Assembly: GCA_041690595.1 (NCBI GenBank)
Contig: JAWLHB010000009.1
Coordinates: forward strand, 142,538-206,537
DNA length: 64,000 nucleotides
Direction of reading: 5' to 3'
Source: Lentisphaeria bacterium
GTDB taxonomy: Bacteria; Verrucomicrobiota; Lentisphaeria; JABSQK01; JAWLHB01
The translations under genes were made by a program, and so were the position numbers. Positions 36,926 through 47,086 of this stretch are shown here, one piece after another (the stretch's first letter is position 1; the number at the start of each line of letters is the position of its first letter). Below the pieces are notes generated by a model. It was given only the letters and a program-made list of their open reading frames with translations, searched no databases and was not told where the DNA came from.

Positions 36926-38463
36926 GATTGGTCGCCCTCTTTGCCTGGTTGATCGGCTTCGGGGAGGAGTCCACAGGCGGCCATGGCTTCGCGAGCCACC
37001 TCCACGTCATTGAAGGGATACTCCACGCCCTGAATCTCCTGGTAGCATTCATGTCCTTTGCCGGCGATGAGGATCGTGTCGTCGGGGAGGGCATGCTCCA
37101 TGGCATAGTGGATGGCGGCGCGACGATCCGCGATACGGTGATACGGCACCTCCGGCGGAATGCCGGCGGCTATCTGGTCGAGAATGGCCTCGGGATCCTC
37201 GCCGCGTGGATTGTCGCTGGTGATGATCAACTGGTCGGCGGCTTCGGCGGCGAGGCGCGCCATTTCGGGACGTTTCGTCGTATCCCGGTCGCCACCGCAG
37301 CCGAAGATGACGACCAGCCGCCCCGGCTTGTGCGGCGTCAGGGCCGAGAGGCAGTTGGCGATGGCGTCGCCGGTGTGCGCATAGTCAACAAAGACGGCGA
37401 TGCCCTTGCGCCCGTCGATGCGTTGCAGCCGTCCGGGTACGCCGGTGAAGAGCTGCAGGGCATCGTGGATGGCACCGGAGGAGAGACCGAGCGCCCATGC
37501 CGCCGCGGACGCAGCCAGCGCATTGCCGATGTTGTACCTGCCGGTGATGTCCCAGCGGATCGGCAGGATCTCCCCTTCCAGCACCAGCGTGAAGTCGGCG
37601 CCCTCGCGATACAGGTCGATGTTCCGGGCCTGCACATCGGCGGCGGGATCCAGACCGTAGGTGAGGATCAGCAGATCCGGGCGCTTCGCGGGAAGCTCCT
37701 CCGCGAGGCGTCGTCCATACGTATCGTCGATATTGATGATGGCATGGCCGCCGGGAGCCAGGTACTCCTCGAAAAGTATCCGCTTGGCGACGAAGTAGGC
37801 CTCCATCGTATGGTGGTAGTCGAGGTGCTCGCTGGTCAGATTGGTAAAGATCGCGGCGTGAACCTGGGCACTGCCGAGGCGTCGCTGATGCAGGGCGTGG
37901 CTGGAAGCCTCCATGACCACATCGTTTAGCCCCGCTTTCACCATCTGGGCCAGCAGCTCCTGCAGCTCGAGGGGGGTCGGCGTTGTACGGCGGGCGCTGA
38001 TCACCCGATCGCCCACCTCGTATTGAATGGTGCTGATCAGCCCGACCTCCCGCTCCTGCCGGCGCAGCATGGAGGTCAGCAGGGTGGCGACGGTGGTCTT
38101 GCCATTGGTACCGGTGACGGCGCTCACCCGCATCTGCTGGGCGGGATAACCATAGGCCAGCTCGGCAAGTCGACCGAGGGCGGCATAGTCATCGTTGAGC
38201 AGGAGGTGGGGGACGGAGATCTCGCAGGGGGCGGGAGGCATGAAGGCGACCGCGGCGACGCCGGCCTCCTGAGCCGCGGCCAGATAGCGACGCCCGTCCT
38301 GCCTGGCGCCGACGATGGCGACAAAGAGATCACCCGGGCGTGCCTGCCGGGAGTCGCTGATCACGCGCCGGATCGCTGTCTCCGGTTCCCCTGTCAGCTC
38401 ATCCGCCCACTTGCCGCAGGCGCGGAAGTACTCGTTGAGCGTGTTTTGCCTTTGTTCCGTCAT
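36922..38463 (-). CDS. murE: UDP-MurNAc-tripeptide synthetase (meso-DAP ligase)
   Basis: VTGTNGKTT, TTP, MEASSH, EHLDYH, DYAHT, FGCGGDRD, DNPR (meso-DAP specificity motif), AGKGHE. Confidence 0.95.
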   Translation of the reverse strand: MTEQRQNTLNEYFRACGKWADELTGEPETAIRRVISDSRQARPGDLFVAIVGARQDGRRYLAAAQEAGVAAVAFMPPAPCEISVPHLLLNDDYAALGRLAELAYGYPAQQMRVSAVTGTNGKTTVATLLTSMLRRQEREVGLISTIQYEVGDRVISARRTTPTPLELQELLAQMVKAGLNDVVMEASSHALHQRRLGSAQVHAAIFTNLTSEHLDYHHTMEAYFVAKRILFEEYLAPGGHAIINIDDTYGRRLAEELPAKRPDLLILTYGLDPAADVQARNIDLYREGADFTLVLEGEILPIRWDITGRYNIGNALAASAAAWALGLSSGAIHDALQLFTGVPGRLQRIDGRKGIAVFVDYAHTGDAIANCLSALTPHKPGRLVVIFGCGGDRDTTKRPEMARLAAEAADQLIITSDNPRGEDPEAILDQIAAGIPPEVPYHRIADRRAAIHYAMEHALPDDTILIAGKGHECYQEIQGVEYPFNDVEVAREAMAACGLLPEADQPGKEGDQS

Positions 38464-38523
38464 CCGTGCTTGCTCCTGGCGGGTACTATAGCCATGTTGG
38501 TGCCTCGACGCCATATCCGGGAA

Positions 38524-39708
38524 TCAGCCATCTTCCACTTTCTTCGGGTTGAACCAGCCGGCGGCATTGTCTGGACGGATATCGGTGAGATCGCCACGAT
38601 AATGGCGCAGCTCGCGCGGCTCGAAGGGATGCTCGGCAATGGCCTCCTCGTTCAGCTCGATGCCCAGCCCCGGGCGATCCGGAACCCACATGCGACCACC
38701 TTCGAAGCGGATGCTTTCGTCACAGATATCCTTGCGCCAGGGGACATCGCTGGCCATGGTTTCGAGCAAGTGGAAGTTGGTGGTGGAGGCGGCGATCTGC
38801 AGGGCCGCGGCATTGGCCACCGGGCCGCTTGGATTGTGAGGGCAGATGGCGATGTGGTTGGCTTCCGCCTGGGCGGCGATCTTCTTCACCTCGCCGATGC
38901 CACCCACGTGGCTCAGGTCGGGCTGCACATAGTCTGCACATCGCAACTGAAAGAAGCGCTGGTAGTCCCAGCGACTGTAGATGCGTTCGCCGGCGGCAAT
39001 GGGCACGCGCACCCGCTGCTTGACCTCGAGGAGGGCTTCCAGGTTGTCCGGAGGGACCGGCTCCTCAAACCAGGTGATGTCGAAGGCTTCGAGCGCGCGC
39101 CCGATGCGCACCGCCGTCGCCACGTTGAATCGCCCATGTCCTTCGACGAGGATCTCCACGTCGTCGCCGACGGCATCGACCACGGCTTCGACGCAAGCCA
39201 GCGCCTGGCGGAGCTGGCTCTTCTCGATGTTCAGGTAGGCGGCGCCGAAGGGATCCCACTTGAGACCTCGGAAGCCTTGCGCAACGGCCGCGCGGGCCTT
39301 CTCGGCGAACTCCTCCGGCCGCTTCGCCGGCGCAAACCAGCCGTTTGCGTAGCAGGGCACGCTCTCATGCACGCGCCCGCCGAGAAGCTGGTAGACGGGA
39401 ACGCCGAGCGCCTTGCCCTTGATGTCCCAGAGCGCCATCTCTATCCCGGAGAGGGCACTCATGAGGACGGGGCCGCCCCGCCAGTAGACGTTGCGGTAGG
39501 TCTCGTGCCAGATGGCTTCGATGTCGTGGGGATCGCGCCCGATCAGGCTCCGCTCCAGTTCCAGCATCGCCTGGGCGACGGTCTGTTCGCGGTACTCCAG
39601 GGTCGCTTCGCCGACGCCGTGGATTCCCTCGTCGGTGGAGACCTTGACGAAGACCCAGTTGGTGCGGTAGGCGTGGCAGATCAGGGGACGAATCGAGGTG
39701 ATCTTCAT
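38524..39708 (-). CDS. Mandelate racemase/enolase-superfamily acid-sugar dehydratase (galactonate dehydratase-like)
   Basis: GVGEATLE, ALWDIKGK.LG.PVY.LLGG, KWDPF, EEP, GER, QPD, PHNP.GP, PGLGIE. Confidence 0.88.
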   Translation of the reverse strand: MKITSIRPLICHAYRTNWVFVKVSTDEGIHGVGEATLEYREQTVAQAMLELERSLIGRDPHDIEAIWHETYRNVYWRGGPVLMSALSGIEMALWDIKGKALGVPVYQLLGGRVHESVPCYANGWFAPAKRPEEFAEKARAAVAQGFRGLKWDPFGAAYLNIEKSQLRQALACVEAVVDAVGDDVEILVEGHGRFNVATAVRIGRALEAFDITWFEEPVPPDNLEALLEVKQRVRVPIAAGERIYSRWDYQRFFQLRCADYVQPDLSHVGGIGEVKKIAAQAEANHIAICPHNPSGPVANAAALQIAASTTNFHLLETMASDVPWRKDICDESIRFEGGRMWVPDRPGLGIELNEEAIAEHPFEPRELRHYRGDLTDIRPDNAAGWFNPKKVEDG

Positions 39709-41792
39709 GGGGTTGACTCCGGCGCTTTGAGCAGAGCAAGGACGGACTCGCTCCGCAAGGTGAAGGTGCCGCGCAGGTCACGTCCCTCGCCGGTCTCGAA
39801 GTCGACCCAGGGACCGCTGTCAGCCAGCTCCACATCGATCGAGACATCGTGCGCATTATGGTTGATGATGAAGTAGAGCAGGCCACCGGGGCCGGTCAAG
39901 CGGCAGACCTCGACGTTCTGGGAGTCGCCGGATACGCGGGCGGTGGGTTGCACACCCGAGGCGAGAATCTCGCGCTGGAGCAGGGCGGTCATGGCGGGTT
40001 GCGGATCGTTGACGTACTGGCGGAAGATCTCGGTTCCGGCGAGGAGGGTCCGCCCCTTGCCGAAGGAGTTGCCGACCACCGCCACACCACCATCCGCATA
40101 GTGGGCTATGGCCTGGCCGCTACTGAGGGTGAACTCGTGCCAGAAGAAATGGACCTTGGCCTGGCCGTCCGGGCACATCATGGGGGAGGCCGTCTCCCAG
40201 CCCTCGCGGTCGCTTGTCCACCCGCCGAAGAGCTTGTCGAGGCCGAAGCCCGGGGCGCGGTATTGCAGATAGTTGTCGCTATCCTTGAAGGCGAAGGGAC
40301 TCTCGGCGATCAGCGTCCCACCTGCTTCGACGTAGCGGCGGAGCCGTTCGGCCATGGAGGCGCTCATGTTCTCCACCATCGGCAGGAGGATGACCGCGAA
40401 CTCACCCATCTGATCCAGATTGTTTTCCGCCAGGCAGTCGACGGGGATGTTCAGATCCCAGAGGAGCTTGTAGGCGCCGAAGCGCGAAACGTGCTGGTCC
40501 ACGTAATGGCCGCCGTGGGTGACGCTCGAGAGCAGCTGCTGTTCCTCGGTTACCAGCACGGCCGCGGCCCGCTGTGGATAGACCCGGTTGAGGGTGCGCG
40601 CATGGCGTTGGAGCAGCCCGGCGAAGTCGCCGATGCTTCGGGCGCGGCGGCTTGGGGTGCCATCCCATTTCTGCAGGTGAAAATAGCCAACCTGACCGTC
40701 GGAGAGCCGGCTGCGATAGTTCCACAGGATGATCGACTTGGCGTTGTGGCCAAGGAGGTGGTAGAAGCGTTGCCGGCGCTGGTGGTCGGTGATCATGCGC
40801 ACGTAGGGCCCCGCCTCCGTCTCCAGCACGAGCGTGCGTCGCGCGGGATCGCGGGAGGCGCTGCGCAAACGGCTCAGCTTGTAGGCGGTTTCCCAGGCTG
40901 GTCGCGGATCGAAGGGGTGGGCAATAGTGTAGCAGGAGACGCCCATGATGCCGAGGGCCTGGCCAACCTGCGCCACGTCCAGCCCGAGGCGCGGGCCGTG
41001 CATCTCCGCTTCGTTCGCGGTGTGATGGTAGACGAGGTTGGCGGTGGTCGGGCGCCGGTGCGGATCGTACTCACCCACCAACTGATCGATTTCGCTCATG
41101 GTCTGCGCCAGGCGGTGCTGGTTGAAGGCCAGCCAGTCCCGCCGCGCATTGAGGGTGGGCACCCCAATGGGAGAGATCTCGTCCCAGCAGTCGAACTCGA
41201 TGGGGGACTCGGTGCTCCAGCAACGATTGAGAGCGTCGAGGTTCTGGTACCGGTGTTTCAGCCAATGGCGAAAGAGGTCGAGGGTGTGGGTGCAGCAGCA
41301 GGCTTCGCGCCGATCCGGTTCGTTCCAGATCATCCAGGCAATGAGGGCATCGGCCTTGGCGTAGCGCTCGATCGTCCGGGCCATGAAATTCATGGCCTTA
41401 TCCAGATGGATGGGGTCGTCCGGGCAGATGCGGTTGGGCATGGGGGCCGTCACGCCCGGTGCCGTCTGATACTGGTGGCAGGAATGGTTCTCCGCGAGCC
41501 AGCGGGGTTGGTAGCAGCCGCACGGATTGCGGAAGAGCCCACCCATGTTGAGGATCACCTTCATGTCGTGCCGGGCGGCGATCTCCAGCATGTAATCCTG
41601 CTTACTGAAGTCGAACTCGCCCTCCCGCCTCTCGATGCGGTCCCAGGGTGCGAAAATGCGCACGGTGTTGAAGTTCAGTTCGCGCATGGTGAGCAGGTCT
41701 TTCTCCCACTCTTGCATCGGCCAATCCTGGGCTTTCGCGTACGGTGCGGTCGAAGCTCCGACAAGAAAGAGCCCATCGTCATCAAGCTGCAT
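39705..41792 (-). CDS. GH42-like beta-galactosidase (trimerisation domain)
   Basis: W.KDL..MRE.NFNTVR...W..IE..EG.FDF, WNEP, F..WLK.RY..L.ALN..W, YV.AGG.LI. Confidence 0.8.
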   Translation of the reverse strand: MQLDDDGLFLVGASTAPYAKAQDWPMQEWEKDLLTMRELNFNTVRIFAPWDRIERREGEFDFSKQDYMLEIAARHDMKVILNMGGLFRNPCGCYQPRWLAENHSCHQYQTAPGVTAPMPNRICPDDPIHLDKAMNFMARTIERYAKADALIAWMIWNEPDRREACCCTHTLDLFRHWLKHRYQNLDALNRCWSTESPIEFDCWDEISPIGVPTLNARRDWLAFNQHRLAQTMSEIDQLVGEYDPHRRPTTANLVYHHTANEAEMHGPRLGLDVAQVGQALGIMGVSCYTIAHPFDPRPAWETAYKLSRLRSASRDPARRTLVLETEAGPYVRMITDHQRRQRFYHLLGHNAKSIILWNYRSRLSDGQVGYFHLQKWDGTPSRRARSIGDFAGLLQRHARTLNRVYPQRAAAVLVTEEQQLLSSVTHGGHYVDQHVSRFGAYKLLWDLNIPVDCLAENNLDQMGEFAVILLPMVENMSASMAERLRRYVEAGGTLIAESPFAFKDSDNYLQYRAPGFGLDKLFGGWTSDREGWETASPMMCPDGQAKVHFFWHEFTLSSGQAIAHYADGGVAVVGNSFGKGRTLLAGTEIFRQYVNDPQPAMTALLQREILASGVQPTARVSGDSQNVEVCRLTGPGGLLYFIINHNAHDVSIDVELADSGPWVDFETGEGRDLRGTFTLRSESVLALLKAPESTP

Positions 41793-41806
41793 CTGCCTCT
41801 CCCCGA

Positions 41807-44701
41807 TTAGTCTGCAATCACACTCAAGGGGCCTCGCATGAGGCGCCCTTCAACGTCGACGTCCCCTTCCCGCGACGTACTCAAGATCAGGTAGCTGCCG
41901 CCCGGAGTGGTGACGCGGATGGCGAGAGCCTCGGTCGGCGTCAGGGGTTGTCCGTCACGACTGACGTTAAGGCGCTGGAGGGTGGCGCCGGCCTCCGCCG
42001 CCGCTTCACTGCCGGTATAGGCCGCCGCAAACCAGGTGTTTTGAACAGCTTCCTGACGCATGGCAAGAACCGGCACTTCGCGCGGATGCCATCCGGTGGG
42101 GGCGCGCATGCGCACGACCTTCGTACCCTCGGGATAAAGCAGGCTAAGTTCGCCATGGGCGGCAGCTTTCGCGCCGAGTACATAGGGGAAGCGGCGCGGC
42201 GCATCGCCATCGGCCATCTCCGGGGAGAGGAAGTACTGGTAACCACTGCCTTGTTCACTGAAGTCGGGGATGGGTCGCCAGGCGGTAGTCTCGCCATCCG
42301 CCGCTTGCAGCTCGCCGGAGAGGTAGGTCAGCCAGTCCAGGCGGACTGGGCGCTTGGCTTCGACCTGATCGAGGACGACGGCGGTATCGCCGCAGAGGGC
42401 GAGGGTGCGCGCCCACTGCACGCCCTGCGCCGGAGGGCGGGTGAAGGGAGCCAGCCAGCGTCCGGCGGGATAGTCGCCATCGAGCACGGCGACCTGATCC
42501 GCCCGCAACATCGAGTGCACCTGCCCATCGATGACGATGCTGTTGCCGGCCGCGGTGGTGTAGGAGAAGCCGCTCTGCTCATAGCCGTAGCCGATGCGGG
42601 CCACCATGGTGTTCAGTTCGTGGCCGTGCCAGGTGAAGTGGGGATTGAGGAGGACGCGGCCGCCACGATGGCTGGGCTCACCCCAATTGATGGTGGCAGT
42701 GACGAGGTTGGCGTCGCTGGTTCCCGCCCGCAAGACGGTGAAGCCGCCCTCCGGCAGCACGCTGTTCGGAAAGCCTTCGGGCATCGGCGGCAGGGGCTGA
42801 CGACGTGCCGCGGCAAGGGTGCGCGCATAGAGCGGGTCCCCGTACTTCTCCAATCCTTCCAGGAAAGGCATGCCGATCAGGTCGCGGCTCCGCAGTACCG
42901 GCGCATCGAAGAGCTTCTTCAGGCGCTCGTCGAAGACAGGCACGCCGTTGGCATCGAGGGCGAGGGCGAAATCGAGAAAGGGCTTGGCGGCGGCGCGATG
43001 GTAGCCCAAGTCGCGCTCCATGGTCCAGCCGTCGGCATCGAAATCGAGTCGCCACTGGGCGCGCATGCCGTATTCGCCGTCGAGAGCCTCAGCTGCCAGC
43101 ACGTGGTGGCGGATAGCCAGGGAGCCGATGCCGACGCTGCGATTGTACTCTGCCTGCTGATTGGCAACCGAGCGATGGACCCGCATGGCCATCACCCCTT
43201 CGAGGACGAGGTCGCGGCGCACCAACTCTTCCTCGTCCTCGCTCCAGATACCGGCTGCGCGCACCAGGTCGTAGGCATGTGGAATGGGGTCGAACCACCA
43301 GCTCTCCTGCAGGACGCCCCAGCCGATCCGCGACTGGAAGCCGGTGGCGCTCGGCTCGGAGACCGGGTAGGTCGGATAAAGGCGCGCAATGGTCAGCAGG
43401 ATTTCGCTTGCCTTGTTCATGTATTTGCGATCGCCACTCTTCCAGCCGGCATCGGCGAGGGTGTGGGCGGCTTTCGCCAGGTAGCCGTGGTGAGCGTAGG
43501 CCGAGGCGCGCTGGACCTTCTCGGGCACCGTGGTCAGATCGACAATGTGATCGCCACGCTCGCACCAGTCCTTGCCGGGGCCGCGGAAGCGGATTACCGA
43601 GTTGTGTACTGGGCAGAAGTAGTGGTTGGGGTTGCCGTGAAGGAGCGTGGGCGGGGTGGGATCGAGGGTCAGCAAGGCATCGGCCTGCTGGAGCAGGCGG
43701 GCCTCGGCCGTCGAGTCAGCCTCCCCGGCCAGTCGGCGGCGTCCAGCTTCGGCTTCTTCGCGCGGGAGCAGCACAGGCGCTTCGCGATCCGGCAGCGGCA
43801 CGGCTCCGCGAAGGCGATTGAGCATGTAGCCGCCATTCCACGGTGTCGTCCAGTCCGGCTCGCCGACTACCCTTGCGAAGACGGCGGCCTCTTCAAGGTA
43901 AAGTGGCGTCAGGCGGGTGGCCTGCTCGGCATCCATGGTGATGCGCGCCTCGACGGAGCGGCTCTCGCCAGGCGCGAGGGTGAGCGCGTCTTCGGCCAGG
44001 GAAACCTGGAAATGGACCAGGTTGGCAGTGTCGACATGAAGGGTCGTCTGACGCGGAGTCTCACTTTCGTTGGTGAGCAGGAGGGTGTAGAGCTGGCCGA
44101 TGCGTCCCCCTTCATCGAGGTCCCGCACCGTACGCATATCGCTGGTGAGTTCAACGGGGAGATCCACCAGTTTGACGTCGGACAGGCGCAGCCCGATCCG
44201 AGGGGTCGCGGAAGGAATGGCGACGGGGTTGAGGCGCAGGAGGAAGCGCAGGCGCAGCTTGCCTTCCGGCAACTCCACCTTCGGCAGGTAGACACCGTCG
44301 TCATCCAGGCCGAGATCCAGCCATACATGCTGCCAGGTGCCGGGGGTGGAGGGGTTCTTGAAGAGGTAATAGTTCCGTCGCAGCCCATCGGGATAGCCCT
44401 CCAACGCCACTTGCGCGAGCATCTCGTCGCCGGTGCTCCGCCAGTCGAAGGTAAGCAGGTCATACCGGCGCAGATCCTGCCAATCGAAGTCGAGCACGAT
44501 CTCGGTGCCGGAGGAATCGAGCGTCTCGGTATAATCGAGGGCCAGCCGCCCTGTCTTTTCGTCGACTACGTGTTGGAAGGTGCCGGCGCCCTGCCAGTCG
44601 CCGCGGAATTCAGGCGTCTCCAGTGGCAGGACAGGGGCCTGCGCTCCAAGGCGCAGGGAAAGGCATAGAATCAACAGGGAGTACCAGATGTTGCGTGACA
44701 T
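41807..44701 (-). CDS. Secreted alginate lyase/heparinase II/III-like polysaccharide lyase
   Basis: Signal peptide, N-terminal beta-rich module, helical domain (ANQQ, ERDLGYH), C-terminal GGFTVLR...H...NSIVIDG heparinase-like segment. Confidence 0.6.
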   Translation of the reverse strand: MSRNIWYSLLILCLSLRLGAQAPVLPLETPEFRGDWQGAGTFQHVVDEKTGRLALDYTETLDSSGTEIVLDFDWQDLRRYDLLTFDWRSTGDEMLAQVALEGYPDGLRRNYYLFKNPSTPGTWQHVWLDLGLDDDGVYLPKVELPEGKLRLRFLLRLNPVAIPSATPRIGLRLSDVKLVDLPVELTSDMRTVRDLDEGGRIGQLYTLLLTNESETPRQTTLHVDTANLVHFQVSLAEDALTLAPGESRSVEARITMDAEQATRLTPLYLEEAAVFARVVGEPDWTTPWNGGYMLNRLRGAVPLPDREAPVLLPREEAEAGRRRLAGEADSTAEARLLQQADALLTLDPTPPTLLHGNPNHYFCPVHNSVIRFRGPGKDWCERGDHIVDLTTVPEKVQRASAYAHHGYLAKAAHTLADAGWKSGDRKYMNKASEILLTIARLYPTYPVSEPSATGFQSRIGWGVLQESWWFDPIPHAYDLVRAAGIWSEDEEELVRRDLVLEGVMAMRVHRSVANQQAEYNRSVGIGSLAIRHHVLAAEALDGEYGMRAQWRLDFDADGWTMERDLGYHRAAAKPFLDFALALDANGVPVFDERLKKLFDAPVLRSRDLIGMPFLEGLEKYGDPLYARTLAAARRQPLPPMPEGFPNSVLPEGGFTVLRAGTSDANLVTATINWGEPSHRGGRVLLNPHFTWHGHELNTMVARIGYGYEQSGFSYTTAAGNSIVIDGQVHSMLRADQVAVLDGDYPAGRWLAPFTRPPAQGVQWARTLALCGDTAVVLDQVEAKRPVRLDWLTYLSGELQAADGETTAWRPIPDFSEQGSGYQYFLSPEMADGDAPRRFPYVLGAKAAAHGELSLLYPEGTKVVRMRAPTGWHPREVPVLAMRQEAVQNTWFAAAYTGSEAAAEAGATLQRLNVSRDGQPLTPTEALAIRVTTPGGSYLILSTSREGDVDVEGRLMRGPLSVIAD

Positions 44702-44819
44702 GGAGAATCCTCATCATGTTCAGGTTAGCCAGCAGGGCGATACGTACCATGGCGTCAGCGGAGGCAGTCGGCAAGCCGCCGAACGCCTCTTTCTGCAATC
44801 TTCGCGGCTTCTTTTGCTG

Positions 44820-46046
44820 CTATTGCAGTCGCGGATCGCCGAGGGGGAGATAGAGGGTTTCGCCGGCGCGTTCCACGACGAAGGTGTCGGGATCCAGGCG
44901 GCAGGCGGCGAGGTCGACGTCGGCGGGATCGCACCAGTCGATGCCAACGCGCTCGCAGGCTTCACGCGGGATGCCGGTGGCGAAGGTCACCTTGATGCGG
45001 GGATGTTCGCGCCCATCGCGGTAGGTGCCGCTCCCCTTGACCAGCGAGCAGTAGGCCATGACCGCGCGGGATTCCTTGGCATAACGCTCCCAGTGGGCGG
45101 TGTAATAGTCCGCCACATGATAGCCGACTCGCTCCACCGTCCGGCCATGTACCTCCGAGAAGGCAGTGACATGGGGCGCGTAAATGATCAGCTCGCCGCC
45201 GTTCCGGACGATCATCTCGCATTTGTACATGCACTTGCCGCCAGTCCAGAGGTCGGGATACATGGCGGGACAGCAGGCGATGAGACGCGAGTACATCCGC
45301 GGCTGCGGCGTCAGGTGACTGCGTGCGGCAACGTCGGCTGCCCGCCCCCACGCCGCGTGCAGTGAGCCGCTCTCGAAAGCGACGATCTCGTCGTCGTGGA
45401 CGACGAAACATGCTCCCAGAACGGGAAAGGGGAGGCGGTCCACGGCAGCATTGAGGACCCGCCGAATGGGGGTGTCCTTGAAGCCGATGGTGCCGGCGCT
45501 GGTGCGCAACGCTCCCAGCCAGTGGGTGAAGTCGATCATCTCCGGACCGGAGATCCCCGGAAAGATATACTTGCTGCCACCGGAAAAGCCGACCAGCTCA
45601 TGCGGAAAGACCGGCCCCAGGACGAGTACCGTATCGTAGTCGGCGACCTGGCGGTTGACGGTCAGGGCCACCCGCTCGCTGAGCAGGCCATCACAGAGTT
45701 CCGCCACCTCGTCAGCCTCGAGATGGCCAAGGGTGACGAGCGCGGCAGGCTCATCCCAGACATGGTTGAAGCAGTTGACGCCGTCCCAGTGTTCGCTGTC
45801 GTCGATGCCCAGGTGGGCGACGATCTGCCCATCGTCGAGAGGACGGTGGGTCCCGAGGGCGATCATGAAGTCACAGCGGGCGCCCCGGTCGCGCAGCCAG
45901 CGTGCCGCCAGCGGGGCCAGGCGGGCCATCGGTGCGGTGCGGGTGCGATCGGGAACGAGCACCAGGACCCGCGAATCGGGGCCAATGTCATGGTCGAGGC
46001 CGGCGGTGAGTCTGGCAAGGATGGCAGCATCGTCAAGAGGGGTCAT
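44820..46046 (-). CDS. LarA-family nickel-pincer-dependent racemase/epimerase
   Basis: PDRTR, ALGTH, PHE..GFSGGSK..FPG, a conserved His (FTHW) and a conserved Lys (WTGGK). Confidence 0.85.
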   Translation of the reverse strand: MTPLDDAAILARLTAGLDHDIGPDSRVLVLVPDRTRTAPMARLAPLAARWLRDRGARCDFMIALGTHRPLDDGQIVAHLGIDDSEHWDGVNCFNHVWDEPAALVTLGHLEADEVAELCDGLLSERVALTVNRQVADYDTVLVLGPVFPHELVGFSGGSKYIFPGISGPEMIDFTHWLGALRTSAGTIGFKDTPIRRVLNAAVDRLPFPVLGACFVVHDDEIVAFESGSLHAAWGRAADVAARSHLTPQPRMYSRLIACCPAMYPDLWTGGKCMYKCEMIVRNGGELIIYAPHVTAFSEVHGRTVERVGYHVADYYTAHWERYAKESRAVMAYCSLVKGSGTYRDGREHPRIKVTFATGIPREACERVGIDWCDPADVDLAACRLDPDTFVVERAGETLYLPLGDPRLQ

Positions 46047-47086
46047 GGGCAATCTCCGAGGGTAAAAACGGTGCGAATGGTGGCCAGTTGCTCCATCTGG
46101 TGAAAAGCATCCTGCCATCGATCGATGGAAAGCGAGTCAGTGATCAAGGCTTCGGCCGGGACTCTGCCGTCCCGCAGATACTCCATTGCCTTGCACCAGT
46201 TGCGGCGGCGTGAGCTGTACGAGAAGGCGAGGGTGGCTGCCTTGGCCACCAGTGTGTCCCATGCAACCGGAATGGTCGGTTTGCCGGTGATGCCGATGGC
46301 CACCATCCTGCCGGCGCGTCGCACCAGCCTGGTCGCCAGATCGATGGAGGCGGCGGCTCCCGCGGCTTCCACAACGACATCGGCGCCGAGCCCGTTCGTC
46401 AGTTCCAGAAGGTGAGCGGCAAGGTCGTCGGTCTGCACGTTGAAGCAGTCCAGCCCGAGCTTAGCGGCACAGGCGAGGCGGTCGTCGTCGCGATCGGTGC
46501 CTGCCATGATGACGCGCCCGGCTCCTTCGGCGCGGGCGACCAATCCGGCGAGCAGGCCGATGGCGCCCGGCCCGAGCACCACGACCACGTCGCCCCGGGT
46601 GATTCCGCAGCGGTCCTCGACGGCATGCGTAGCCACCGCCAGCGGCTCCGATAGTGCGGCGGCCTGCCAGCTCACCCCGTCCGGAATGTGGTGAAGCAGC
46701 ACGGCGGGCAGCACGACGTAATCCGCGAAGCAGCCGTCCCGCCTGAAACCGATTGCCCGCTTCTCCGGGCAGAGGTTGGGATAGCCGGAGGCGCAGACGC
46801 CGCACGTTCCACATGCCTGAGGATTGTTCTCGCTGACGATGCGGTCGCCAACGCTCACCTCCACCACCCCAGGACCCAGCTCACATACTTCTCCGGAGAA
46901 CTCGTGGCCCAGGATCAGCGGCGGCTCACAGGGAAAGCTGTCATGATAGAGATGCAGGTCGGATGCGCAGACTGCCGCCACCTTTACCCGCACCAGCACC
47001 TCGCCCGGCCCGGGCACGGGTGTCGCCACCTCGCGCAACTCCGTCAGCCCGGGACCTTTCGCATATTTGACCAGCGCTCGCATCAT
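46043..47086 (-). CDS. Zinc-dependent alcohol/polyol dehydrogenase
   Basis: CASD.H, GHEFSG, C..C..C......C, EP, GPGAIG. Confidence 0.92.
   Translation of the reverse strand: MMRALVKYAKGPGLTELREVATPVPGPGEVLVRVKVAAVCASDLHLYHDSFPCEPPLILGHEFSGEVCELGPGVVEVSVGDRIVSENNPQACGTCGVCASGYPNLCPEKRAIGFRRDGCFADYVVLPAVLLHHIPDGVSWQAAALSEPLAVATHAVEDRCGITRGDVVVVLGPGAIGLLAGLVARAEGAGRVIMAGTDRDDDRLACAAKLGLDCFNVQTDDLAAHLLELTNGLGADVVVEAAGAAASIDLATRLVRRAGRMVAIGITGKPTIPVAWDTLVAKAATLAFSYSSRRRNWCKAMEYLRDGRVPAEALITDSLSIDRWQDAFHQMEQLATIRTVFTLGDCP

Noticed and set aside
38023-41810. 617-aa and 653-aa plus-strand ORFs
   Set aside because: Shadows of murE, the dehydratase and GH42, which carry the real motifs.
41744-44668. 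974-aa plus-strand ORF
   Set aside because: Antisense shadow of the lyase gene; no motifs, and long stop-free antisense frames are expected in high-GC coding DNA.
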